Assembly (NCBI GenBank): GCA_000004985.1
Contig: GG738901.1
DNA from: Naegleria gruberi
Taxonomy: Eukaryota
Direction: 5' to 3' (one strand)
Length of the DNA: 64,000 nucleotides
In this document: positions 43,993 to 54,923 of the stretch, piece after piece
Layout: each line of letters starts with the position of its first letter
Numbering within the stretch: the first letter of the stretch is position 1
Translations under genes and position numbers: made by a program
The notes under the pieces: generated by a model
What the model saw: the letters and a program-made list of their open reading frames with translations, nothing else
Told to the model about the DNA's origin: nothing
Databases searched by the model: none

Positions 43993-45042
43993 ATGAAAAT
44001 ATCTTCTCCTGAATCGACCAATAATCAAGTCTTTCCATCAGCGATGGAATTAAGGAAGGAAAATGAGCCAAAGGTTAATGATGAAGAAGAACATTCCGAT
44101 GATCATTCATCATCGGAGGGCTCTGTTGATTCATTCTTTGGTTCAGATCCATTGAAAAAACGTATAGGATATAGTATTAAGGACCTTATCACATTATTGG
44201 GTTGGATTGCATGTACAGGAGTATTCATTTGGTACTTTTACTCTTCAATAACACAAACTGTGGAGGCTTTTCAAAATCCTGCCACCACAGTTTCCTACAA
44301 AGCCAAGACGCCAATGTATTTCCCTGCAGTGACTTTGTGTAATTGGAATCCTGATGATGAGGAAGGAGGAAATAAGGGGAGTAAATTTGAAGCTGTTGGA
44401 TGTTATAGAACTGTAGTGTCACCTAATAATGTGAGCTATGTACCATGTGAATTTCCCTATTATGAGAAGACAATATTCTCTGGAGTGTACTATATGAATT
44501 GTATTGTTTTTAACAATGATACAAGTGCACCTGCTGTTGCTTCCCGTACTGGACATACTGGATCGTTGGTTTTTAAGGCAAGGTTTCCTTTTGATTTTTT
44601 TGGTGAGGATGATATGACTGGATTTAGAGCTGGAGCAACTGTTTCATTTCATGAAGTGGGATCAGTGCCCAATCTATCTGATGAAACGAATACAGCATCT
44701 GGAGGATTGGATAATACATTTACCATTCGAAAGATGGTGAACAAACGATTGGTTCCAAATCCAACCACTGAAATCTATTGGGATTCAGATTATTCTGCCA
44801 TTGACATGATTGAGAATAGAACTGATTACATCACTGTAACGGTGGCTTATAACTCATTGAATATTAGAGAGCAGACAGATGTATACACTGTCAATATACT
44901 CCAATTATTGGGTCAGCTTGCAGGTATGACCGGTACATTGTACGGTTTGGAAATTCTCAAAGTTTTGAGAGGATGTTTGTGGATTCCAAAATCAATCAAG
45001 AAGAAGACTGCAAAATATATTTGGGAAGAGTTCAATAGATAA
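43993..45042 (+). CDS. DEG/ENaC/ASIC-superfamily two-TM channel-like protein of 349 aa. Divergent head-to-head paralogue of 42770..43826.
   Basis: TM1 'LITLLGWIACTGVFIWYFY'. 'YFPAVTLCNWNPDD'. Ectodomain of about 250 aa with few Cys. TM2 'ILQLLGQLAGMTGTLYGLEILKVL'. A ~166-bp shared upstream region lies between the two ATGs. Confidence 0.7.
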   Translation: MKISSPESTNNQVFPSAMELRKENEPKVNDEEEHSDDHSSSEGSVDSFFGSDPLKKRIGYSIKDLITLLGWIACTGVFIWYFYSSITQTVEAFQNPATTVSYKAKTPMYFPAVTLCNWNPDDEEGGNKGSKFEAVGCYRTVVSPNNVSYVPCEFPYYEKTIFSGVYYMNCIVFNNDTSAPAVASRTGHTGSLVFKARFPFDFFGEDDMTGFRAGATVSFHEVGSVPNLSDETNTASGGLDNTFTIRKMVNKRLVPNPTTEIYWDSDYSAIDMIENRTDYITVTVAYNSLNIREQTDVYTVNILQLLGQLAGMTGTLYGLEILKVLRGCLWIPKSIKKKTAKYIWEEFNR

Positions 45043-45058
45043 AGAGGTTTGAATTGTA

Positions 45059-46477
45059 TTATATTTTGATGACTTCCATCTTCTTGATAGCTTCCTCATC
45101 AAAATCTGTATTGTTTTGAACTGTTCTGTGTTTGATTGCTTCAACCTTGCTCAATTTTTCACGTTGCTTCTTGTCCTTCCTTTCTCGTTTGGTGAGTTTC
45201 TTTTCTTTTGTCTTGCTACTCGATGTCGAGTCCTCTACTGTTGAGGTACTTGAGGATGATGAACCAATAGTATTAGAATTGGAAGATGGAGGTGGATTAC
45301 TTTCAGAGCCCAACTCTAATAAAATTCCAATAACCATTTCAGTATTGAAATTATTTTGAATAATCATATCCTTCACCATTTCCAAATCAAATCCGCTCTC
45401 ATAACCAATTGTTGACATGACCATATCAAAGCATAAATCCAAATTTCCATCACCTGAAGCAGCTGGTGAAGAGAAGGCTGTGTTCTGTAATTCATGGCTC
45501 TTACTACTTCCTACAGAGCTATTGCTTGACTGGCTCTTTGAATTCTTCTTGCTATTACTACTGGTGCTGGATGCTGATGAGCTCTCAAGGTATTGCATTT
45601 GGCAGAGGAAATCAATTGTTGAGTCCATATCTTGTCCAAAATCTGCCAAAGTATTTCTAATCAATTCCAAATCGGTACATCCAGTAGATTGAATAATTAT
45701 TTGTTCCTTTTTAGAGATTTCACCTGATGATGATTTACCTTCGCTAGCCCTTTGATATAATTCTCGAACACTGTCACTCATGAAATGAACAGAATTGTAA
45801 TGTTCTCCCATATGATAACTGAGTTGAATAAGTCTACTCTCTGGTTGATTATAGTTAACAATATCAAATGATGGCTGTCCTAATTGGTGAACTCGAATAT
45901 TTACATTGAATGCCAGTGAAATACTATAAACAAGATTGAAAACATCAGTCATTAATCAAGTCAAAAAATAAACTAACCTTTGCAAAGTGAGATTATCACC
46001 CCACTCTGTATCCTTCTTCATAGTTTTACAATAATCTTCAAATGGTTCATCACAAACAAATGGAGAAAACATATCCGGATTGGTAATCATATATTCCACA
46101 GCTCCTTGTCTAATTTTTTGGTACTGAGTTTGATCTCCATACAATTGATCACTCACAGACCTAAACTGACAATTTCCATCACCAGTAACCTTCTTCAAAT
46201 ACAATCCATAAGGTTCCAATTGTTGATTCATTTTCTGGAAATCTTCATCCTCCAATTTTATTCCGCCCCCTCGCTTTTTCTTTTTTCTATCCTTCTTATT
46301 GTTATAAATTTCTGGATCATCATATTCGGATTGTTTCATGGTGGATGCTTTTTTAGAGAAGGGATCTTCTTCATCGGCACTTCTCCCACCATGATGAGAT
46401 TTCTTCTTTGATTGTTCGTAGGCTTGTTTTCCGCTGAGTTTGCTACTATTCTTCTGTTTGCCCATTTTTTTTTGCAT
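45059..46477 (-). CDS. OTU-domain cysteine protease (deubiquitinase) of about 454 aa with a Ser-rich linker and a C-terminal UBA/CUE-like helical region. Exons 45978..46477 and 45059..45923.
   Basis: Cys box 'GDGNCQFRSVSDQLYG'. 'EWGDNLTLQ' | 54-nt intron 45924..45977 (GTTAGT..TTTATAG) | 'SISLAFNVNIRVHQ'. His box 'SYHMGEHYNSV'. Confidence 0.8.
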
Positions 46478-46558
46478 CTAAAAATAAAATTTTTGTGATT
46501 TTTGAAAAATGAATTTTCAATTTACAAATTGAGCGTAAAATTGTTGAGATAAATATTA

Positions 46559-49319
46559 TTATTTGAGTTGTTTATTGATTTTGATGCATAATCTTTCTGC
46601 CATTGATAATGGTCGAGTTGTGGTAGAAGATGACAAGCTGCCACTTGAGAAACATGAAGAATATTGACACACATCACCAAAACTTCCAACACTGCACGAG
46701 CAAAAATCAAATCCTGTGCAAGATCCTTTTCCTCCACAAACTGTTGGGTTTGTTGCTTCAATTCCAAAACATGTTGGAGCTATTTCACATTTAGCTCCAC
46801 TGTAACTTGTTGGACATGAGCAATTTCCAGTCTCAGGAATGCAACTTCCTCCATTCAAACATGGGCTAACTGTACAGTTAGTATATTGACACTCACTGCC
46901 AAAAAAACCTTCTTGACAAGCACAAGTGTCAAAATTCACACAATTTCCTCTTTTGGAACAAACTTCACTTCCAATTTTTTCATAGCATTTGATTAAGCAT
47001 AGAGATCCATCCTGTTTCAGGGCATAGTTTGAGCTGTCACAAACAGGTGTCAATCTTCTTATTAAATTGGTAGATGCATCCGACAAGTAAATTTGTCCAG
47101 TCAATTCGTCCAATATAATTTGTTCAATACCTATTAATCTTGCTGATCGTGCATCAATATCTTCTCCATTTTCAATGATTCCGTCCCTATTTAAACTACC
47201 AGCAATTGTTTCAATTTGTAAGGTGGAACTGTCAACTCTTCTAATGGTTCTTCTTTGAGCAATAAATAAGTCACCACTCTTTTTTGAAACTGCAATTGAG
47301 ACAGGTTTGACAATATTAGCATCAAGTGCTGAGCCACCATCTCCAGAAGTCCATTGGCCTCCTACAACACCAGCATATCTTGTAATATTTACAAAATTTG
47401 CATTAATCTTTCTAATAACTGAATTTTGATAATCACAAACAAATAAATCTCCATTCGAATTGAAAGAAAGATCGTATGGAAGATTCAATTTAGCAATTGT
47501 TGGGTCTCCACCATCTCCTGAATAATCCCCAGCTCCTCCTTGTCCTGCAACTAGATCAATAGTTGCCATTTGTGTCATGTTAAATTTTCTAACTTGGTTG
47601 TAAAAGGTTGTAAAGTAAAAGGTATCACGATTATTTGGAGCAAATGCAAATGATCTAACTCCTTGATATTGGCTTTCAAAAATTGGAAGAGCAAAGTCAG
47701 AAACTGTTCTTGAACTCGTGTCCAATATTCTATGTTTGAAACTGTCATATATCAAAAATACATTTGGACCCAGGACAGTATCTCCTATTAAGGCAGTGGG
47801 ATGAGTGAAAGAGGCTGTCGAAGCAGCACCATTATCATAACCAATATCACCACTTCCTGCCATAGTTTGAACTAAATTGGTGTGCAAATCAATTTTTCGA
47901 ATTCGATAATTGAGACTATCCAAAAATATTAAACTAGTATCTTCTCCATTTCGTCTCAGAAACAAGTCTGTTGCGTTGTTAAAGACTGCCTCATTACCAT
48001 TCACATTATCTTTAAAATTTTCATCAATACCTGCAATGGTTATTACGTTATTTACACCATTAGAGTTCATTGTAATCTTTCTTAATCGCCTATTTCCAGA
48101 ATCGTTAACAATCATTGAGTATTCACTAGTGTTTGGATCATAGTAATATAGCATTGTACTTGGGTTGTTGAATTGTGCAACCTTGGCATCTCCTCCATCA
48201 CCTTTTTAGATTCAAATTTAGAAAATTTAATATGACCATTATTAAATTATTGAAATGTGACTTACCTGAAAACCCTGGATTTCCAAACACACCAGCAAAT
48301 GGAGATATAATACCAGTAGTCATATTAATCACCCGAATACACGATGAATCTGAAATATACATTTCATAATCATCAGTTATTGGATTGATTGCCAAATAAA
48401 TTCCATTAATAGTTGAAAAATAAGCTTCCTGCTTATCTGAACCATATCCTGGACCTTTCCCACTCTCTGGGGTTCCTGCAAATACATTGATGAGTTGCAG
48501 TAATGGATTACTATCCAATTTCATGCTGAAAATAGCTGAATATCCTGCGCCATTTACTACCATATATAGGTAACTCCCTGCTTCATCCACAACTAATCTT
48601 GAAACAGCAGAAATTGCAGTTGATGTAGCCAAACTATTGATAGTAGCTCCTAAATCCAAAGAGTTCAGTCCATTTCCTGCTATATTTGTCACTTGTTTTG
48701 AGCTCAGGTCAAATTTTCTAATCTTGTTAAAACCAGTTTCACTGAAGAACAAAGAATTATTGGCATAAGCAGCACCAGTCGGATACAATATGTAAATACT
48801 CAAAGCATCACCATCGATACCCCCTTCTCCACCTCCACCAACAACCATTTCGACTGTTCTATCCGAAAGTGAAATTTTGGAAATTCTGTTCAATCGCTTG
48901 TTTCCAATAAGAAAGGTATTATCATTCGGATTCAATACAAGAGAATAGGCACCAAATAGTGGCCCCTGTGTGGCATCCTCTCCATCGGCCCCAACCACAG
49001 TTTCAAAAAACAGAGTTGACCACAATTCTGGTTTCGTATCTGTATTCATCACGTCCAAACTAATCCTCCTCAATCTCTGCTCTGACAACAAATACAATGA
49101 ATTATTAAAGATGGCCATGTCCTGAACCAGACCAAGTGCTGCAAGTTTTAATGGATTCGTGTCTGTAGTAATATTATATCCAACCACGGTTTTAATTTTA
49201 TAACTTGGACGCATGGATGTGGCCACGGCTGCTTTGGCTTGTGTGAATGGAAGAAAACAGAGACAAATGCCAATGAGAAAGATGACGCAGGACACAATGG
49301 TTTGTCCAACAGTTGTCAT
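46559..49319 (-). CDS. Secreted NHL-repeat protein of about 898 aa (two beta-propeller blocks) with C-terminal EGF-like Cys-rich modules. Exons 48266..49319 and 46559..48201.
   Basis: Signal peptide 'MTTVGQTIVSCVIFLIGICLCFLPFTQAKA'. More than 12 NHL-like repeats ('GDGG.A..A.L..P.G.A.D..G.LYV.D..N..IR'). The 64-nt intron 48202..48265 (GTAAGT..AAAAAG) joins ORFs 48198..49319 and 46559..48154 ('NPGFSG' | 'DGGDAKVAQFNNP'). EGF-like 'CACQEGFFGSECQ', 'CSCPTSYSGAKCE'. Confidence 0.75.
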
Positions 49320-49716
49320 TTTTTTTGAAAGTTTTGGCGTTGGACGAAAGTTGCATAAAATGGCTGTTCAACGTATTTGCATGTTCAAAGAGATCGAAAG
49401 TTGAATCACACATTTCCTTAATTAGATTAGTTCGCATTATATTTTGAAATTTCCTGTGAGATTTAAAATAGTTCACTGATGATGATCATCAAGAAAATAA
49501 ACTCTTCCAATTAGTCCAGACGTTGAAGGGTTCCCAATTCTGCATTTCCAGAACTTTTTGGTTTTCTTAAAGTTCATTGTTTTAACACATTGTAAACCAA
49601 AAATTTGTCTCACTTCCTCAGAGGCAGCATCAGATTTGCGTGACCATTGGAAGAGATATTGAAATTGTAAATTGTAAAGTCATCCAAATCTCATAAAAAA
49701 GTTCATCTCAAAAAAA

Positions 49717-51111
49717 ATGTTTGAAAAACTATTGGGCCGTTTCAGAAGGAACTCTAAAAATTCATCTCCATCATCAAAACCACAAATGAAACCTCTTGAT
49801 TTTGATGATGACGATGATTATGATGAAGAGGGTGAATTAAATTATAAATGTTCCTCAGAGGAAATTCTGGTCATAAAATTGACCTCCGATGAGGCTAGAA
49901 AGTACAGAGATTTGATGAGGATGGAAGATATTAATCATTCGATCACCATGGGGGGTTATTTGCGTTGGAGGGATATTGTGAGTTGTATGAGAGTTTGTAA
50001 GGAATGGAAAGAAATTATTGATTGCAATGCGGCTTATAATATGTTCCTTCAAAAGGTATTGAAAAGCTTGGAAGATTGTTATCCAGTTTGTGTGAACTTG
50101 TCTGGAAATATGAAAAGAAGTCACGTCGTTGGAAAAGGGTTGAAAAGTTTACAAGAGTTTGTGAGCTTTTCCAAATATTCAATGAGATGGCTTGAATCAT
50201 CCCGTTTTGGTTACAACAATGGAATAACACAAAGCTCAACCACAATGTTGTTGGATTTCATGTCAATAGATCCAAAGAAAATAGGACACAAGCAATTTCA
50301 TGAGGACATCAAAGTAATTATTCCAGATCAACTTGCAGAAAAAGATCCATGGTACTCTCTCACTTCCCCTTTATGGAATATTGACGAAGACGAAAGCTTT
50401 GGCATATTTATGGCATTTCAATCCAGATTTCAGTATAGGTTTTCTTTCATTTCTCTAGCTTACCTTAGAGGAGAGTTTTATAAAGCTATTCCACAATCAA
50501 AAGAAATAACCAAGAATATCTCCGTCAAAGGTGAATACGAAGTTGACGAACCAGAGACGCCAATAGGAAGATATAGAGCCAGCTCAAGCAAAGAATTTAG
50601 TGCTAGCTCCGTGTCTCAATTTATTTTGGAAGAATTGACTGAAGATTTTGCGCATGACAGATTTTATGATGAAGAGGAAACAGTAGAGGCAGAAGCAAAG
50701 GTAACTTTGGAATTCAATTCTGGTTTGAGAAAGATGCTGTTCAAGATATGGAAGTCTGGGTTGCTGAACTATGCACCAGTGAGAAATTATGTATTCCAAT
50801 TGCTCTACTTGTTGGAAAACCACAAAATATATGACTTTCATAGATTCCATTTTCACGATAATATGAAGGATACTAACGTGTCTGAAACAGTTCAAGCTTT
50901 CCTTTCTTCTGAAAAAGGAGATTCTGAAACTTTCTATACCTATCTAGATGTTAAGAAACCTTGTTCAGGTTACTCTGGAGGTCAATCAAACACTTTTTAT
51001 TTTGTTGCTCTCACACTGAAACACTCACCAACACATGCTGATGAATGTGAATTTGAATATGCATTGTTGCAATATTACCATTATACTGTTAGAGGAATGG
51101 CTTTAAGTTAA
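49717..51111 (+). CDS. Hypothetical protein of 464 aa with an F-box-like segment.
   Basis: Acidic N-terminus. 'WRDIVSCMRVCKEWKEIIDC' is F-box-like. A-run before the ATG. Confidence 0.5.
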   Translation: MFEKLLGRFRRNSKNSSPSSKPQMKPLDFDDDDDYDEEGELNYKCSSEEILVIKLTSDEARKYRDLMRMEDINHSITMGGYLRWRDIVSCMRVCKEWKEIIDCNAAYNMFLQKVLKSLEDCYPVCVNLSGNMKRSHVVGKGLKSLQEFVSFSKYSMRWLESSRFGYNNGITQSSTTMLLDFMSIDPKKIGHKQFHEDIKVIIPDQLAEKDPWYSLTSPLWNIDEDESFGIFMAFQSRFQYRFSFISLAYLRGEFYKAIPQSKEITKNISVKGEYEVDEPETPIGRYRASSSKEFSASSVSQFILEELTEDFAHDRFYDEEETVEAEAKVTLEFNSGLRKMLFKIWKSGLLNYAPVRNYVFQLLYLLENHKIYDFHRFHFHDNMKDTNVSETVQAFLSSEKGDSETFYTYLDVKKPCSGYSGGQSNTFYFVALTLKHSPTHADECEFEYALLQYYHYTVRGMALS

Positions 51112-51245
51112 ACTACTACGAATGTACATAACATTAAATTTCTGATTTATGAAAGATTAGTGACAAGAATCAATCGAACCAAGGAATCCCTTCTTGGTCT
51201 TTTACTTAAAACGATAGTTCAATAATTAAATCCTTATAAAAAAAA

Positions 51246-52356
51246 ATGTCTTCATGGTGTGGAGAACCTGCTGCTATTACTTTAGATTTTCCACCGTTAA
51301 AGGCTTCATCATCACTCACCAATAAATTACACAATACCAGTCTCTCCCGAGCGAAATATCTTTCCTTAACAAAGACTTTATTTCGATCGAATTTATGCAC
51401 GACGGGCAGTTTGAGACAGGATCAGAATTTTATAATGCAAATGGTAGAGAAGAATTCATACATTCTTGGCCATGCCTATGCTAATGGAAAAAGGTATATT
51501 CATAATCTTTATCGGAATACTCCAGAGAATTATGGAATTGAACAAACTGTGAATCAACAACAAGAGGATGAATCAAAGGAGAGAGCGCTCAAGTTGATAG
51601 AGGAATATTGTGTAAACTATGTAAAACTGAGTGAAACGTTAAAAAACGATATTGATATTTGTTTGGCTTGTTTGAGGAATAATGGATTTTATTATGTTTT
51701 TCAAAATTCACAAAATAGTCAAAATAAGGAGCTTATTGAGAGAGCAGTTAGAGAGATTTCAGAATTAACCTTTTTTATGCAAAGCATTGTGATAAAGCTT
51801 TAGCCAGTACTCCACGTGCTATGAAAAAGAACAAAGATCTAATGGTGAAAGTGATGCAAGTTTCACCAGCATCAGTACTCACATTTATTGATCAATCATT
51901 GGTTCGAAATAAGGAATTCATAGTAGAGTGTATCAATTCTATGGCAAGCAGTGCACTTGAATCTTTAGAAATCTATTTGCCTTATGGTATGTTAAATGAT
52001 ATAGAACTTGTCACTGCCCTTGTTATTCAGTCTCCGAATTGTTATTCTGGTTGCCATGCATTTCTCAGGATAGAGAACTTGTTCTGAGGGTGATCAAGAA
52101 AAGTCCAAGACAATACCAATACGTTTCTGAAGAATTTAAAAATGATAAGGAAATTACTTTGGAAGCAGTCAAACAATCCTATCATTATTTAGCGAATGCA
52201 CCAAGCACTATTAGAATGGATAAGGAGTTTGTGTTGCAATGTATTTTAATAGATACTGAGACAATCAAGTGTACTTATTTACAATATGATGCAGAGTTTG
52301 TTCTGAAATATTGTGGAAATCTTTCGAAAGAAGTAGAAATTGAGGCAGTGAAGTAA
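51246..52356 (+). CDS. DUF4116-repeat protein of about 341 aa. Exons 51246..51746, 51785..52021 and 52069..52356.
   Basis: Three ORF fragments in different frames are joined by a 38-nt intron (GTTAGA..GCAAAG) and a 47-nt intron (GTTATT..TTTCTCAG). The repeat register then continues ('NKELIERA|HCDKALASTPRAMKKNKDLMVKV', 'IELVTAL|DRELVLRVIKKSPRQYQYVSEEFKNDKEITLEAVKQ'). Confidence 0.68.
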
Positions 52357-52958
52357 AATGGGCTCTATAGACCACGAAATAGTTTTTTCGATAGTTTTGA
52401 TGAAGTGTTGGATTTAAGAATGGAACATGAATATCCAGATCTGTATATCTGAAGAAATTTATTTGGTGCAGTATTCTTTCCATAAAACCGCCAAACTCGA
52501 GTAAGCTGCTTCAAGTTGGTTTGGTCAATTAAGGTCGTCTAATAAGACACAAGCTTCTCATTTTGGTCTTGCACATACCTTCTAGTGTTCAAAAAAAATC
52601 ACATTGAAAAGTTGTTCCAAATCCACAGCCAAATTCCAATACCAACTCTATTGAAAGATGACTTTAGTAGAAATTAATCTCAACGGCAAGTCCAAAGTGA
52701 TTCTATTTCAATAAATTCCAAACAAATACTAACTTCACAGTATAATACTATTATCACTATGATCTGACATGGTGTTTCAAGTGGATTTTCGTTCATTACT
52801 GGTTACACAAACGTTGATACTCATTATTGGAGATTACCAAAGGCAAAGAATCCAATTACAATAGTCCATTTCATTCGAAATTGAATTTTCAACATTTTAA
52901 AAATGTATATTCCAATTCTTTGAATATTCAATTTCATTATTTCACACTCAAAAAAAAA

Positions 52959-54887
52959 ATGCATCAATTTCTTCCTCGTGATATGTGGCTCGAGGTTTTT
53001 TCCTTCCTAAAACCAACACTGATCATTTCACAATGTTCACCACTCTCACACGAATGGCACAATTTAATGGCATCTATAAATTTTGAACTTTCATTCAAGA
53101 TGAAGAATTCTGAAGAGGATGATTACATTGATGATGAGGAAACAGATGAGATTGAATTGTGTAATAAAGTAGGAAAGGAAGGCAGATATGCAGCACTTGA
53201 AAAGGCAATTGTTGGCATGTGTCAGTGCAGTGCTTTGAAAAGTGTCAAAAAATTGAATTTTTCACAAGTTTCACTAAATGATGAGCTTGTTAGAAAGATT
53301 GCCCAATGTGAAAATTTTGCCAATTTGCAATCGTTGAATCTTTACAATAGTGAGATTAGTGTTGCGAGCTTTAAGGCAATTCTGAAAAGTACTTTTGCAA
53401 ATTCTTTGAAAAAACTCAAATTTGAGGGGAAGAATATGGAAAAATCAAATTGTGAAGAAATTGAAAAGTATTTGGAAGAAAATAGTGGTCAACTGAGTAA
53501 TCTTGGTGTGTATTATTTTGAAATGGGAGAAATTATGAAAACTACTCATCATGAATATGCATCGGAACTTTTCAAAAAGGCAGTAGATCACAAGTATTAC
53601 AAAGCCATGTTTACAATTGGTGTCATGTATGATATTGGACCACTTCAATTTCAAGGTGGAGGAGAGGAGGCAATGGAATGGTATTTGAAAGCTCTGAATA
53701 ATGGAATAGCCAAGGCAGCTGTTAATCTTGGAGTTGTTTACAGAGAGGGCATTGTTGTAAAGAAGGATATTTCGAAAACAATCGAATATTATTCAATGGC
53801 TGACAGAATGGGAGGAACTACGGGAATGTTCTATCTTTCCTTATTATATTTCGATGGAGAAGGGGTAGAAGAAGATATCAATAGAGCAATGAAACTACTC
53901 AAGAAGGCAGGATCACTTGGAGACAAAGATGCATTTTGTAGATTAGGCGAAATCTATTTGGAAGGTCATCTCTTTGAGGTTAATAAGGAGAAAGCTTTCT
54001 ACTACTTTAATAAGGCTGCGAAATTAGGAAGTGCCAAAGCAATGCATCATTTGGGTGTCATGTATAGAACAGGTGAGTTTGTAGAGCAAGATAATGAAAA
54101 ATCTTTCAGATACTATCTGAAATCTGCCAAATTAGGACATGCAAGTGCTCAATTGTGTGTTGCAGATTGTTATGAGAATGATAAGGATGACATGGATGAG
54201 GCATTCAAATGGTACTTGAAATCTGCTCTAAATGGTGATACTAGAGCTGCTCTCTATGCAGGTGCCTTATTGGCGAATGGTAAAAAGGTGGAAAGAAATC
54301 TACCACTTGCACTTATGCTCTGTGATAGAGCAGCAAGAAGTGGAAATGTTCATGCCCTCTGTAATGTTGGACGAATATACGAATTTGGAGATGAAACAAT
54401 TCCAGTTGACATACCCAAAGCTATTCAATATTATGAAAATGCAGCAAGTATGGATAGTACAAGGGCTATGTTAAGTCTTGGTGTCCTCCTTTCAGGTAAT
54501 GATATCTACAGAGATATGGAGAAAGCCAAGCAATATTTGTTAAGAGGAAGTGAACTTGGTGATCTGTATTGTAAATTTGCTTTGGCTGAATTATTCTATC
54601 TACTTGAAGATTATGAAAATGCCTTGTTGTGGATTAATGAGGCGATTGAAGAGGGTGATCTCGAGGCCATCTGTACATTAGGAAAGTGGTATAAGGAAGG
54701 TAAAGCTGTGCCATTGGATTATTCGAAAGCAATAGAATTGTTTGAGAGGGCTTCTCTAAGCCTCTGTGATAATGCTGTAGAAGAACTTGCCGAAATGTAT
54801 AGAAATGGTTTGGGAGTGGAAAAGAATGAGGAAAAGGCTAATGAGCTAATGCAATCCATTGGTTGCACAGAACAAGCAGAAGAATAG
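52959..54887 (+). CDS. F-box / LRR / Sel1-repeat protein of 642 aa.
   Basis: F-box 'LPRDMWLEVFSFLKPTLIISQCSPLSHEWHNLM'. An LRR-like middle region. At least 8 Sel1/TPR-like repeats ('AMEWYLKALNNGIAKAAVNLGVVYREG', 'AKAMHHLGVMYRTGEFVEQD', 'ICTLGKWYKEGKAVPLDYSKAIELFERA'). Confidence 0.75.
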   Translation: MHQFLPRDMWLEVFSFLKPTLIISQCSPLSHEWHNLMASINFELSFKMKNSEEDDYIDDEETDEIELCNKVGKEGRYAALEKAIVGMCQCSALKSVKKLNFSQVSLNDELVRKIAQCENFANLQSLNLYNSEISVASFKAILKSTFANSLKKLKFEGKNMEKSNCEEIEKYLEENSGQLSNLGVYYFEMGEIMKTTHHEYASELFKKAVDHKYYKAMFTIGVMYDIGPLQFQGGGEEAMEWYLKALNNGIAKAAVNLGVVYREGIVVKKDISKTIEYYSMADRMGGTTGMFYLSLLYFDGEGVEEDINRAMKLLKKAGSLGDKDAFCRLGEIYLEGHLFEVNKEKAFYYFNKAAKLGSAKAMHHLGVMYRTGEFVEQDNEKSFRYYLKSAKLGHASAQLCVADCYENDKDDMDEAFKWYLKSALNGDTRAALYAGALLANGKKVERNLPLALMLCDRAARSGNVHALCNVGRIYEFGDETIPVDIPKAIQYYENAASMDSTRAMLSLGVLLSGNDIYRDMEKAKQYLLRGSELGDLYCKFALAELFYLLEDYENALLWINEAIEEGDLEAICTLGKWYKEGKAVPLDYSKAIELFERASLSLCDNAVEELAEMYRNGLGVEKNEEKANELMQSIGCTEQAEE

Positions 54888-54923
54888 GTTATTATTATTG
54901 GAAAGACAAAACAACTTATTAAA

